Shown one piece after another: positions 38,301-47,011 of a stretch of 59,172 nt of DNA. This DNA comes from an uncultured archaeon (GTDB lineage: Archaea > Nanobdellota > Nanobdellia > Woesearchaeales > UBA583). A model generated the notes under the pieces. The model was not told the DNA's origin, searched no databases, and worked only from the letters and a program-made list of their open reading frames with translations. The DNA is taken from contig CAKZOW010000029.1 in NCBI GenBank assembly GCA_937138345.1, forward strand, positions 1 to 59,172, read 5' to 3'. Both the position numbers and the translations under genes were made by a program. Position 1 is the stretch's first letter. Each line of letters starts with the position of its first letter.

Positions 38301-40893
38301 TCAACCAGAAAAATATTATAACCTTGAAACCTTTGGAGTTGACTCTTTAAATGGTACTCGATTGTATTCTAGAACTAGACCTGCATATTTGGGTACAAAT
38401 TATATCCCTAATTTAGACTTCTCTCTTCCAGGAGAATATTGTGTTGAGATAGAAATTATTTCAAGCGAGGATTCAAATAATCAAAATAATAGGGAAATTG
38501 AATGTAGTACTTTTTATCCATTATCTCCATTATTTTCAGTAGAGTATGACATAGATAAAATACCTTTTAACACTACATCTAATTTAACAGAGATTGAGTT
38601 TGAAATTGAAAATAGAGGAGTAGTAGATGCTGATGCTAATATTGAAATTGCATATTTGGAAGAGATAGTATTTTTTGGAGAAGATGAAAATTTTAATTAT
38701 AATAATTTGGAGATATTTAACCAAAGCTTCAATGGGTCCCATATTTCAATGAATTTTTCATATAAAAATATTTCATATGAGTTAGAGAATATAGATTTTG
38801 GTTATTCAAAAAATAGATTTGAAAACTATGATTACATGTACTATATTTTCAACGATAGTTTATATTTAGAATTACTATATGTTGATAGAAATGATTTTTA
38901 TTTTGGTATTTTTTATGAACTTGATTATAAAACAAATTTTACCATTAATTTAGATGCGGGTGATGATATTACAGAAGAGAATTTCAATATTACTGTTCCT
39001 GTTTTTACAAATGAAAATATCTCTGATGCGTTTATTAGAGTTGTTGATGAGAACCAAACAAATTATGGTTATGGTGATAATTTTGATTCCTCTTCTATTG
39101 TGATGTATCCTCTAAGAGGCGTTTTAAATTCTTATTTTTCATATACGAAATCTATTAATCAAAGTTTTTCAAATACATTAAGAAATAATATTAACGAATA
39201 TATTGAAAATTTTTCATTAAACTTAAATTTTGATAATGACGGTTTTGATAACTTATCTACAGAAATTTTAGTTTCTATAAACTATCTCAATACTTCATAT
39301 CCTTTTTATTATAGCGATATTATTAATGCTAGCTCACCTGAGATTATGACATTTGATAATTATAGTATTGAACTGAATTCTTCTTCATTTATTTTAAATA
39401 CTTCAAATTCAAGTATAATCAAATCATTAGAGAATGGTAATTATAGAGGCATTATTGAAGATATTTATGTAGAAATTGAGAAGAGTATACATCCAGATGT
39501 TTACACTATTGATGTATATCAATTAAATTCATCATTAATTTCAATTCCAATTACAAATTTAGATGTTGATAGCTATATTCAAGAAACACTTAATCTTTCT
39601 CTTCAAAATGGTTTATATGAATTAGTAATACTTGAAAATGGTTCTTCTTCATTTGAAGGGTTTGATTATGAAAATAAAAATATTTCTCTTTTAGGACATA
39701 CATTTATATGTAATTCTAATTCTTCTTTAAGAGATAGAAATAGAAATAATGTAAATGATCTTTGTGAGAGAGATTTAGATTATGACTTAGTTGATGATTC
39801 AGTTGAGAGAGAAAATGCAGGAAATATTATCGGATCAAATACTATTTTATCAAGGTCAGGTTTATCTCTATACTCTAATAATTCATTAATTACAAATTCA
39901 AGTATTAGTTTTAATACTTCTAGAAGAATACAATTATTTGATGTTTTTGATAATATCTCAAGAATTGAATTTGATTATAATTTTACAAATTTAAGCTTAG
40001 ACTTATCTCAAGTAGATATTATTTTTAATGAGAGTTCAGATAGTAGATCTTATGTTATAGTATCTAATTTATCGCTTAATTCTTCTACAAAATCTATTAC
40101 ATTAGATAGGAGATTAAATTCTCAAAGAGTTTGTGTAAAAGATGAAGAAATCTCTTCATTTACACAGATTACTTCTTCTTGTACAGGATCAAATGAACAT
40201 CTTTTAAATTGTGATGGAAATGTTGATTCAAATGGATATTCTTGTAGCATTTCAGGTTCTAGATTAACAGTTTCAGGTCTTAGAAATTCTGGTGTTGTTG
40301 AATTTGAAAATGAGGCTCCTCCAAGTTCTGGTTCTTCTTCTTCTGGTGGTGGGGGTGGAAGTGGTTCCTCATCTGGAGGTTCAAGTTCTTCCTCAAGTGG
40401 TGGAGGTGGTTTTTATATCCCTCAAGACAACTCAGATGAAAACACTTTTGAAGATAATAATTCATTTACAGATGTTGAAGATTTTAGTAACATAGAATTA
40501 ACAGATGTTTCTTTGGAGGAAAGTGATGATACTTTATCAAATGTAACTGATGATAATCATGATAACAATAGTTCTAGATTAAATGAAAATAATTTGACTC
40601 AGAATAATTCAAAAAGTAATTTATGGTTATACTTTGTATTTGGTTTGACTTTATTACTTTTAGTCTTTTTCCTATTTTTTGCATTAAGAAAAAAAAAGGA
40701 ACCTTCAATAAAAGAAACATCATCTCTTGCTGCTGCATCTCATCATATTTTGTCCCAAAGAGAAGAACAACTACTTGCATATATTAAATCTCAAGAAGAT
40801 AGAGGTATTTCAGATGAGCAAATAATGAAACAATGTATTGAAGTTGGTTGGCCAAAAGAAATTGTTGAAGATTTATTTAAACGATTAAAATAG
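35338..40893 (+). CDS. giant membrane-anchored S8 subtilase with a ~365-aa insert between catalytic Asp and His
   Basis: Has a signal peptide. Catalytic motifs are VAVLDTGLD (Asp codon 35884-35886), DDQGHGTHVAS (His 37078-37080) and GTSMATPIVSG (Ser 37657-37659). A G/S-rich linker, a TM helix and a short cytoplasmic tail follow. Confidence 0.9.
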   Translation: MNFKKILATLFLLLFLISSIYSFGNVKDDKKNQRYIIVFEDDSPSTFSTRSIESKPPIEKVLDMMESKEEVISEKTSKETMPSILSSSKTVKTPQNNDFSNNSPKEIDYIEYSNLFEGISLEINDSDIVEELASQDFVKEIYLDEEFDILVSNTTRNLLNISQIWNGINSSYTGKGVSVAVLDTGLDINHPDFNYCSSFDGEEITYLGTRVDLLVESQHPYLPNSKNNIEYVNGTTVPVSFESVHPYPKNSQEEVSFFDSALETSFNFSTNHPYENDENVSFEINLSHLHAENIIVELKNFSLETNFDFLYLYDKNNVLVETYDGNLGDFNSTLINGDYVKGVFTSDYSITEHGFDIERVFYNVSNYTSLIPQKDFYLNVSEYNFDSYKLNFRNLSIERYDFLVIWNEQNTLLDFYQTSDSGTNILSSLFDEDFLHFEFYSDEEFEDYGFYIDFIEGNYSIINASYTEVINLSTYGAQNFTLVFDQVDVEQGDDFIEFYLENGSLLETITGVNNGLEIFVPGDYVRIELDSDSFTENFGYNTSHVLINVSKSVDIDENCTQVADFYDFYNNDEDPFDDQGHGTHVASTIASNNSNPNLLGIAPDVELGIYKVCGTFNCRTSSILAAMDRAVDPNGDGNYSDRFDIISMSLGNGASDPNYLTSLAVDNLSSFGIIPVIAGGNSGSEYGTIGSPGTSRSAITVGATFKDSEAYGFDFGNPDDVVYFSSRGPTSIGTIKPDVVAPGVNICAARTSWGSYSSSQSCVDSNHVEISGTSMATPIVSGSVALIKEAHPSWSLKEIKASLKATAKDVGDDYFTQGWGRIQPLEVINLERPACVVEFDTQNYDEDISNLSSLSLDALINCGNFSHYELVYIPINTYSDMSNYYNESNQVVLYNGSSQGSISTTISTSNILRGFLKLIAHDYNETYSNYDLLYFQNIGSDFFLDNIYYISDSRNGRNVVDPYVSIRYEIDNFGSYTSSFEVIESVYYQPEKYYNLETFGVDSLNGTRLYSRTRPAYLGTNYIPNLDFSLPGEYCVEIEIISSEDSNNQNNREIECSTFYPLSPLFSVEYDIDKIPFNTTSNLTEIEFEIENRGVVDADANIEIAYLEEIVFFGEDENFNYNNLEIFNQSFNGSHISMNFSYKNISYELENIDFGYSKNRFENYDYMYYIFNDSLYLELLYVDRNDFYFGIFYELDYKTNFTINLDAGDDITEENFNITVPVFTNENISDAFIRVVDENQTNYGYGDNFDSSSIVMYPLRGVLNSYFSYTKSINQSFSNTLRNNINEYIENFSLNLNFDNDGFDNLSTEILVSINYLNTSYPFYYSDIINASSPEIMTFDNYSIELNSSSFILNTSNSSIIKSLENGNYRGIIEDIYVEIEKSIHPDVYTIDVYQLNSSLISIPITNLDVDSYIQETLNLSLQNGLYELVILENGSSSFEGFDYENKNISLLGHTFICNSNSSLRDRNRNNVNDLCERDLDYDLVDDSVERENAGNIIGSNTILSRSGLSLYSNNSLITNSSISFNTSRRIQLFDVFDNISRIEFDYNFTNLSLDLSQVDIIFNESSDSRSYVIVSNLSLNSSTKSITLDRRLNSQRVCVKDEEISSFTQITSSCTGSNEHLLNCDGNVDSNGYSCSISGSRLTVSGLRNSGVVEFENEAPPSSGSSSSGGGGGSGSSSGGSSSSSSGGGGFYIPQDNSDENTFEDNNSFTDVEDFSNIELTDVSLEESDDTLSNVTDDNHDNNSSRLNENNLTQNNSKSNLWLYFVFGLTLLLLVFFLFFALRKKKEPSIKETSSLAAASHHILSQREEQLLAYIKSQEDRGISDEQIMKQCIEVGWPKEIVEDLFKRLK

Positions 40894-40972
40894 AATATAC
40901 ATTTAACTCTATAACTTCAATGTATTTTGAAGTTAAAGCTTTGTTTATAAATTATATTTTCTCTTTATTATT

Positions 40973-41443
40973 ATGAATAAATTTTTATTTTCAAGTATCC
41001 TTTTATGGTGCGCAGTAGTATTTGTTTCATGTACTATGTTTTATGAAGAGGTTGAGATCACATCTTTTGAAGAATGTGTAGCACTAGGAAATCCTATTTT
41101 AGAGAGTCATCCTAGGCAATGCATAGTAAATTCAGTGACTTTTACTGAGAATATTACTTTTGAAGAAATACCCAAAATTTGTACTAAAGAATATAATCCT
41201 GTATGTGGAGTCGATAATGTGACTTATTCAAATCCATGTATGGCAGGAGATATTGAAATTGCCTATAATGGCACTTGTAGAGATACTATCTTAAAAGATT
41301 CTTATAATAATACAATACCTAATACTTGTTCTTCATGGTTTGATGGATGTAATTCTTGTTCTATTGGGGAAAATGGGATTGTTGCATGTACACTTAAGTA
41401 TTGCAGTGTTGAGATGTTAGATGATGCATATTGCTTAGATTAA
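40973..41443 (+). CDS. secreted/lipoprotein Kazal-type serine-protease-inhibitor domain protein
   Basis: CTKEYNPVCGVDNVTYSNPCMAGDIEIAYNGTC fits the Kazal hallmark (PVCG.D..TY.N.C). A second Cys-rich module follows. The N-terminus has a signal peptide ending in VFVSC. Confidence 0.65.
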   Translation: MNKFLFSSILLWCAVVFVSCTMFYEEVEITSFEECVALGNPILESHPRQCIVNSVTFTENITFEEIPKICTKEYNPVCGVDNVTYSNPCMAGDIEIAYNGTCRDTILKDSYNNTIPNTCSSWFDGCNSCSIGENGIVACTLKYCSVEMLDDAYCLD

Positions 41444-41480
41444 TACAAATGTTTTTATAAGATGTTTTTTCTTGTTTTTT

Positions 41481-42335
41481 ATGAATACATCAGTTAGACG
41501 AGCTTCGCTTATTAATATTGTTTTAAATTTTTTTATCTTTATTATAATTACCATTATTGGAGTTTTATTTTCATCACTTAGTATGATGAGTAAGGCATTG
41601 GAATCTTTTTTTGATATTATTACAGCATTGGTAATTTATTTTACAATTAAGCTTAATAATAAAAAAGCAGATGATGATCATCAATTTGGTCATACAAGGG
41701 CAGAAAATATTGCAGGATATACTATTGGTGTTCTAATGATAGTATTATCTTTGACATTGTTTTATGAATCCTGTACATCGTTGATAAACTCAGAGAACTC
41801 TTTTTTACTCTCACCAATGTTATTGTATACAACTCTTTTCGCATTAGCTGTAAAGTTATTTCTTTATCTCTATATCTCCCATGTTTTAAAACATAATACA
41901 TCTCCTGCACTTAGTGCAAATAAAGAAGATCATTTAAATGATGTTTATATGTTTATTGCAATATTATTAGGATTTGTAGGTGCTTATTTTGGTTTTTATT
42001 TTTTAGATGCATTAGTGAGTATTTTTATTTCATTACTTATAGCAAAATCAGGATATGGGATTTGTAGAGAAAATATTGACTTTTTAATGGGAAAAGTTGC
42101 TGATCAAGAAATTATTGATAGTATTGAAAAAGAATTAGAACTCATCAAAGAAATTAAATCAATAAATAAAATTAAGACTCAATATTTAGGTACAGCAATC
42201 CAAGTAGAAGTCCATATTGGTTTAGATAAAAGGTTGACACTTGAAAAAGCACATAGGATTTCACATAATGTTCAAGAGAACATAGAAAAAATCAACTTAG
42301 TTGAACACTGTTTTGTTCATTTAGAAGATTATTAA
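41481..42335 (+). CDS. cation diffusion facilitator (CDF) family transporter
   Basis: Six helices with ES..D.....L and DDDHQFGHTRAE motifs, plus a C-terminal cytoplasmic domain. Confidence 0.85.
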   Translation: MNTSVRRASLINIVLNFFIFIIITIIGVLFSSLSMMSKALESFFDIITALVIYFTIKLNNKKADDDHQFGHTRAENIAGYTIGVLMIVLSLTLFYESCTSLINSENSFLLSPMLLYTTLFALAVKLFLYLYISHVLKHNTSPALSANKEDHLNDVYMFIAILLGFVGAYFGFYFLDALVSIFISLLIAKSGYGICRENIDFLMGKVADQEIIDSIEKELELIKEIKSINKIKTQYLGTAIQVEVHIGLDKRLTLEKAHRISHNVQENIEKINLVEHCFVHLEDY

Positions 42336-42372
42336 TGATTTATTTTATAAATTGATTTTAATTCATTTCATT

Positions 42373-43293
42373 ATGAAAAAAAAACTTACATTTTCTGTGT
42401 TTTTTAAGAAGTATGTTAACTTATTTAATTTTAAGATTTCAAATAAATTAAAAATTGTTTCTTTTTTATTTGTAACTCTCACAATTGTTTTATTACTAAC
42501 AAGATATATTTATACTAGTAAATTTGAGACAGAAGATTCTACAGTTTTAATTTTAGATTTATTTATCTTCTATATCTTTTCAATGACTATTTTAAATCTT
42601 TTAAAAAATACCATAGTCTCTGCGAGAAGAAGAGTAAAAAAACTCTCAGTTCATACAAAAGATAATGTTATTGCAGGTATTCATTCTTTATATATTATTT
42701 TGGGATTTTTTGTAATTTTATTTGGAACTCTTCATTTTTTAGATGTTGAATTAGAGAAGTTTTTCACATCATTTGCATTAATTTCAGTTGCTTTTTCTTG
42801 GATATTTAAGGAATATATTTCAAATATTATTGATGGTATAAGAATTACCTTCTCAGATAATTTAAAAGTAGGAGATTATATTACCTCAGGAGATTTTAAA
42901 GGAATTATTTTAGATATTGACATTATGTCTACAAAAATCAGTACTGACGAAGGAGATATTGTGTTTATTCCAAATACTTTGTTATTATCTAAAGAAATTA
43001 TAAATTATTCAAAAATTAAATTTAAAAGAATTATCTATGATTTTGAAATTGATAAATCTCTTTATACAAAACTTAGAAAACTTGAGAAGAAAATTGTTAA
43101 AAATTTAGACTCTGAATTTAGTGAATTTTTTGAAAAAGAAAATTTTTTTTTAAAAGTAGTTAGAGTTAGTGGCGAAGTTGCCCATCTCTCCGCCGAGATG
43201 CCAGTTACATCATATAATTTCAAATTGGAGGAGAGAATGGAGAAAAATGTTTCTTTAACAGTGATGGAATTTATAGATGATGAAGAAGATTAA
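42373..43293 (+). CDS. small-conductance mechanosensitive channel (MscS family), second paralogue
   Basis: FKEYISNIIDGIRITFSDNLKVGDYITSGDFKGIILDIDIMSTKISTDEGDIVFIPNTLL. Confidence 0.75.
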   Translation: MKKKLTFSVFFKKYVNLFNFKISNKLKIVSFLFVTLTIVLLLTRYIYTSKFETEDSTVLILDLFIFYIFSMTILNLLKNTIVSARRRVKKLSVHTKDNVIAGIHSLYIILGFFVILFGTLHFLDVELEKFFTSFALISVAFSWIFKEYISNIIDGIRITFSDNLKVGDYITSGDFKGIILDIDIMSTKISTDEGDIVFIPNTLLLSKEIINYSKIKFKRIIYDFEIDKSLYTKLRKLEKKIVKNLDSEFSEFFEKENFFLKVVRVSGEVAHLSAEMPVTSYNFKLEERMEKNVSLTVMEFIDDEED

Positions 43294-43344
43294 TATTATT
43301 TAATTAATACACACCTTTTTAAAGAAAGTGAGTTTTAATTGTTT

Positions 43345-44556
43345 ATGGGTGAACAAAATAGAGGTTTTTTTTATCTTTTAATAGGACAATTTTTATCAGT
43401 TCTTGGAGAGAGAATATCAACACTTGTATTCTTTTCTATAGCAGTAAGTATTATTGGAAATGACTCTTCTTTTTTAGCATCAGCTTTAATTGCAGTTCAG
43501 TTTATACCTCTTTTTTTATTTGGATATGTTTTTGGTTATTTTGCAGATAGATATAATCAAAAAAATTTAATGCTATGTGCAGACTTAGCAAGAGCTTTTT
43601 TTATAGCAATATTGATTATAAATCCTGGTTCCTTAATTATGCTCTACACTGTAGTATTTTTTATTGGATTATTTTCTGCTATGTTTGAACCTTCTAAGAA
43701 ATCTTTGATTCCCTTTATTGTGGAAAAAAGTCAATTAATTAGACTCAATAAAATTTTCGCATCAGTTGAAATTTTTGCAATATTTCTAGGATTAATTATT
43801 GGATCTATTTTACTTGAATATTTTACAATAACTCAAGCTCTAACTATTAATGTAATTAGTTATTTAATTTCATTTATGATGATTTTATTTATCAACTATA
43901 AGTATTCTAAAATTCAAAAAGATGTTTCATTTACTTTTTTTAATGAATTAAAGTCAGGTTTAATCTATTTAAAAAATCACTATGTTACAAGACAAGTTAT
44001 TTTAAATATCACATTAGTTAATTTCTTTGCTGCAGGATTTATTTATGCAACAATATCTGATTTTACAATTAGAAATTCAAGAGGTTTAGATCCTGGTTCA
44101 GAATTAGGTATTTTCTTTATCATTATTGCATTAGGTGCTAGTTTAACGCCATTATGTAATAAGTATCTCTCTCATGAAAAAATTAGAGATTCAACATTGA
44201 TTTCCTATCTTTTTTTGATAGGTGGAAGTGGATCAGTAATTCTGGGTTTTACTATGATGTTTTATCAACTTCCTTTACTAGTACTATATAGTTTTTTCTT
44301 TATTACAGGTATTTTTGTAGGGTTAATTTATGTCAGAATATTATATCTTCTCCACACAACTGCTTCAGAGAAGTATTATGGAAGAGTAATTAGTGTTAAT
44401 GATTTTGTATCTTCAATATCTACAGTTGTAGGTGTTCTTTTAGGAGGGATTATTGTAGAGTATTTCACCTATACGCTTGGGTTTATACTAACAGGGAGTA
44501 TTTTTGTATTAGGATTTTTTTATTTTTTAAAAACAAGACATGGTTTTGATTGGTAA
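43345..44556 (+). CDS. MFS transporter
   Basis: About 12 helices. The pattern G..ADR..(R/Q)K after TM2 is typical of MFS. Confidence 0.7.
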   Translation: MGEQNRGFFYLLIGQFLSVLGERISTLVFFSIAVSIIGNDSSFLASALIAVQFIPLFLFGYVFGYFADRYNQKNLMLCADLARAFFIAILIINPGSLIMLYTVVFFIGLFSAMFEPSKKSLIPFIVEKSQLIRLNKIFASVEIFAIFLGLIIGSILLEYFTITQALTINVISYLISFMMILFINYKYSKIQKDVSFTFFNELKSGLIYLKNHYVTRQVILNITLVNFFAAGFIYATISDFTIRNSRGLDPGSELGIFFIIIALGASLTPLCNKYLSHEKIRDSTLISYLFLIGGSGSVILGFTMMFYQLPLLVLYSFFFITGIFVGLIYVRILYLLHTTASEKYYGRVISVNDFVSSISTVVGVLLGGIIVEYFTYTLGFILTGSIFVLGFFYFLKTRHGFDW

Positions 44557-44561
44557 AAGAA

Positions 44562-45557
44562 TTAATATAATAATTCTTTTGAAGATGTTGAAGTCTCAAG
44601 AATTGATTTGATTGCAAGTGTGAGAGGAACTGCAAAAAACATTCCACCAATACCCCAAATAAATCCCCAAAACAATAAACTCACAATAATTACAACAGGT
44701 GAGAGTTCTAATTTATTTCCAGTAAATTTAGGTTCGATGATACTTCCCCAAATAATATTTATTGAGAAAAGTCCAATTACAAGTCCAATGAAAAGCATAT
44801 CAATTCCTTGAGTTATAGCATATATTGCAAATATAATACCATATGAAATATAATCTCCAAATGTTGGAATAAAATTTAATATGAATATGAGTAATGAGAA
44901 TAAAAGAGCATATTCTACACCTAAAAAAAACATAACTAAAAAACTACTAAGAGCAGTTCCAAAACTAATTAATGTTTTTGATTTGAAATATTCAAAAATA
45001 CTCTCTTCTAATGAGAATATTGTTTTTGAGATGTGTTTGTATTTCTTATTTGATGAAATTGTGGTGAGCCAAATATTTTGAAGAGGAACTAAGAATACTA
45101 ACATAAATATAATTAAGAAAAATTCGGATATAAAACCAGCAAATCCTTCAAAAAGAGCATTTAGAGTTGATGTTAATAATTCTTGTATTCTTTGAGAATC
45201 AATGTATTGAGATACTTTAAATGAATTATCAAAAAAAGTAATTTCTTTATTACCTATGATATCAATAATACTATTTGATTCAATATCTTCTGATTGTTGA
45301 AAATCACGTATATTATTAAATGAAAATCCTACAAAAAGAAGCAATATTATAAATACTGCACCTACTTTTCCAATTACTTTGAGTATTTCAATATTTCTAT
45401 TCTCTTTTGGAACTCTTAGAAGAGGCATAATGAGAAAGGAGAGGATTATTGCAATGATGAGAGGTCTTAGTATTGATGAGAGCCATTGTAGTAAAAATAT
45501 TAGAATTACAACAGCTATAAAAATGATAGATATTTCTGAGAGTTTTTTAGTATCCAT
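44562..45557 (-). CDS. AI-2E (PerM/UPF0118) family transporter
   Basis: Polytopic topology. The LNFIPTFG...G and C-terminal GG.F.AVPL patterns are typical of the AI-2E family. Confidence 0.65.
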   Translation of the reverse strand: MDTKKLSEISIIFIAVVILIFLLQWLSSILRPLIIAIILSFLIMPLLRVPKENRNIEILKVIGKVGAVFIILLLFVGFSFNNIRDFQQSEDIESNSIIDIIGNKEITFFDNSFKVSQYIDSQRIQELLTSTLNALFEGFAGFISEFFLIIFMLVFLVPLQNIWLTTISSNKKYKHISKTIFSLEESIFEYFKSKTLISFGTALSSFLVMFFLGVEYALLFSLLIFILNFIPTFGDYISYGIIFAIYAITQGIDMLFIGLVIGLFSINIIWGSIIEPKFTGNKLELSPVVIIVSLLFWGFIWGIGGMFFAVPLTLAIKSILETSTSSKELLY

Positions 45558-45635
45558 TTTATTTTATGTATTAGGTAATTTATAAATTTATTTTCAAATA
45601 GGAATCTTTTTTAATGATGAATACTCTATATTTTT

Positions 45636-46517
45636 ATGAAATCATTTCTTGAATCATTGAGAACATTACATAAAAATCCAACTATGTTAGCTATGTTATT
45701 TTTTTTATTAAGGATAATAATGATTTTGGGAATTTTATATCTTTTGTTTGGAATTCTTATGATTACAAACCAGGAAAAGTTTTTCTATCACCCTGATGAG
45801 AAAAACAATTTTTTTGAATGCCCAGGTTTTGAAGATTATGAATCAAAAGTAGTTAATGGGACAAGATTTTATTATAATAATTTAGAATTTAGTGATACAG
45901 TTTTAATTTATTATTCTGGAAATGGTGGTAGTGCTTGCGATAGATGGGCTCTTCAAAATTATTATGAAGGTTATCAAGCATCTACTATTTTTGTAGAATA
46001 TTCGGGATATTCTGAAGATAAAAGAGAACCATCTTTAGAGTTATTACAACAAGATGTTCATACTATAGAATTATTTGTACAAGAAAATAATTATTCTAAA
46101 AAATATGTTGTAGGTGAGAGCTTGGGTACTGGAGTTGCAAGTTATCATGCATATAACTATGATGTTGATGTAATTTTATTATTAGCTCCATTTTACAGTA
46201 CAATGGATTTAGGTAGGGAAAAATTTCCATATTATCCAATTTCATTTTTAGAAATTGAAAATTATAATTCAGCTTATTGGCTTTCTCACTATGATGGGAG
46301 AATTGTAATTATTCATGGAGAGCAAGATTCAAATATTCCTTACACTCAGTCTATTAAGCTTTATGAGTCATTAGAAACTGATGATAAAACATTATTTATT
46401 TTCCCTTTTGCAAAACATAATGATCTCTATGATTATTTCTTAACGCAGAGTGTGATTAGATATACGTTTTTAAATAGAACAAGATCAAATAGGTTAGATG
46501 AGTATAAATTTGAATAA
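45636..46517 (+). CDS. alpha/beta hydrolase with an N-terminal membrane anchor
   Basis: Has the nucleophile elbow GESLG, and later IIHGEQD and KHND (Asp/His candidates). Confidence 0.7.
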   Translation: MKSFLESLRTLHKNPTMLAMLFFLLRIIMILGILYLLFGILMITNQEKFFYHPDEKNNFFECPGFEDYESKVVNGTRFYYNNLEFSDTVLIYYSGNGGSACDRWALQNYYEGYQASTIFVEYSGYSEDKREPSLELLQQDVHTIELFVQENNYSKKYVVGESLGTGVASYHAYNYDVDVILLLAPFYSTMDLGREKFPYYPISFLEIENYNSAYWLSHYDGRIVIIHGEQDSNIPYTQSIKLYESLETDDKTLFIFPFAKHNDLYDYFLTQSVIRYTFLNRTRSNRLDEYKFE

Positions 46518-46973
46518 TTATTTTTTACTAAAATAAAGACTCAAACTAATAAGAAGAATTGAGAGTGCATAGAGCATTAAATCAATATTTGTATCAATTG
46601 TAACTTCTAGGGAATATTTAAAGAAAAAAATAACCAGTAATAGATAAATTACTTTTCCTAGTTTTTCTTTAAGTGAATCTAGGCTTTTAACAATTAATGT
46701 TTCAGGCAATTTTATTATTTTATCTACTTCTTTAACATAGAGTTCATAGAGACTAGCTGAAATCATTAATGATAAAATACCTAGAAATATGAGGTCAATT
46801 ATAGAGATTACATTGGAAATTATTATTTCTTTTGCAAAGTATTCTAATGTCAATGTAGAAAAAAATACTGTTACTGCGTAGATAAATAATAATACAGCAA
46901 TAATTAGTAACGTAACAACAGGAATGTATACTGTATACTTAACTTTTTCAAGAACTTTTTCAATTACAATCAT
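46518..46973 (-). CDS. hypothetical membrane protein (UPF0114/YqhA-like?)
   Basis: Four helices. The family assignment is tentative. Confidence 0.4.
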   Translation of the reverse strand: MIVIEKVLEKVKYTVYIPVVTLLIIAVLLFIYAVTVFFSTLTLEYFAKEIIISNVISIIDLIFLGILSLMISASLYELYVKEVDKIIKLPETLIVKSLDSLKEKLGKVIYLLLVIFFFKYSLEVTIDTNIDLMLYALSILLISLSLYFSKK

Positions 46974-47011
46974 AATAAAAATGATTAAACTATCTTTTTA
47001 AAGATACTCCT

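Noticed and set aside
40310-40420. G/T-rich simple-sequence tract (GGTTCTTCTTCTTCTGGTGGTGGGGGTGGAAGTGG...)
   Set aside because: It encodes the Gly/Ser linker (SSGSSSSGGGGGSGSSSGGSSSSSSGGGG) that precedes the TM anchor of the subtilase. It is not an independent repeat element.
35262-40934. Similar 15-nt motif CTTCAATGT(G/A)TTTTG upstream (35265-35279) and downstream (40916-40930) of the subtilase gene, considered as possible element boundaries
   Set aside because: It is a single short AT-rich match. The downstream copy is simply part of an 8-bp-stem terminator-like hairpin (AACTTCAA-TGTATT-TTGAAGTT). There is no other mobile-element signature.
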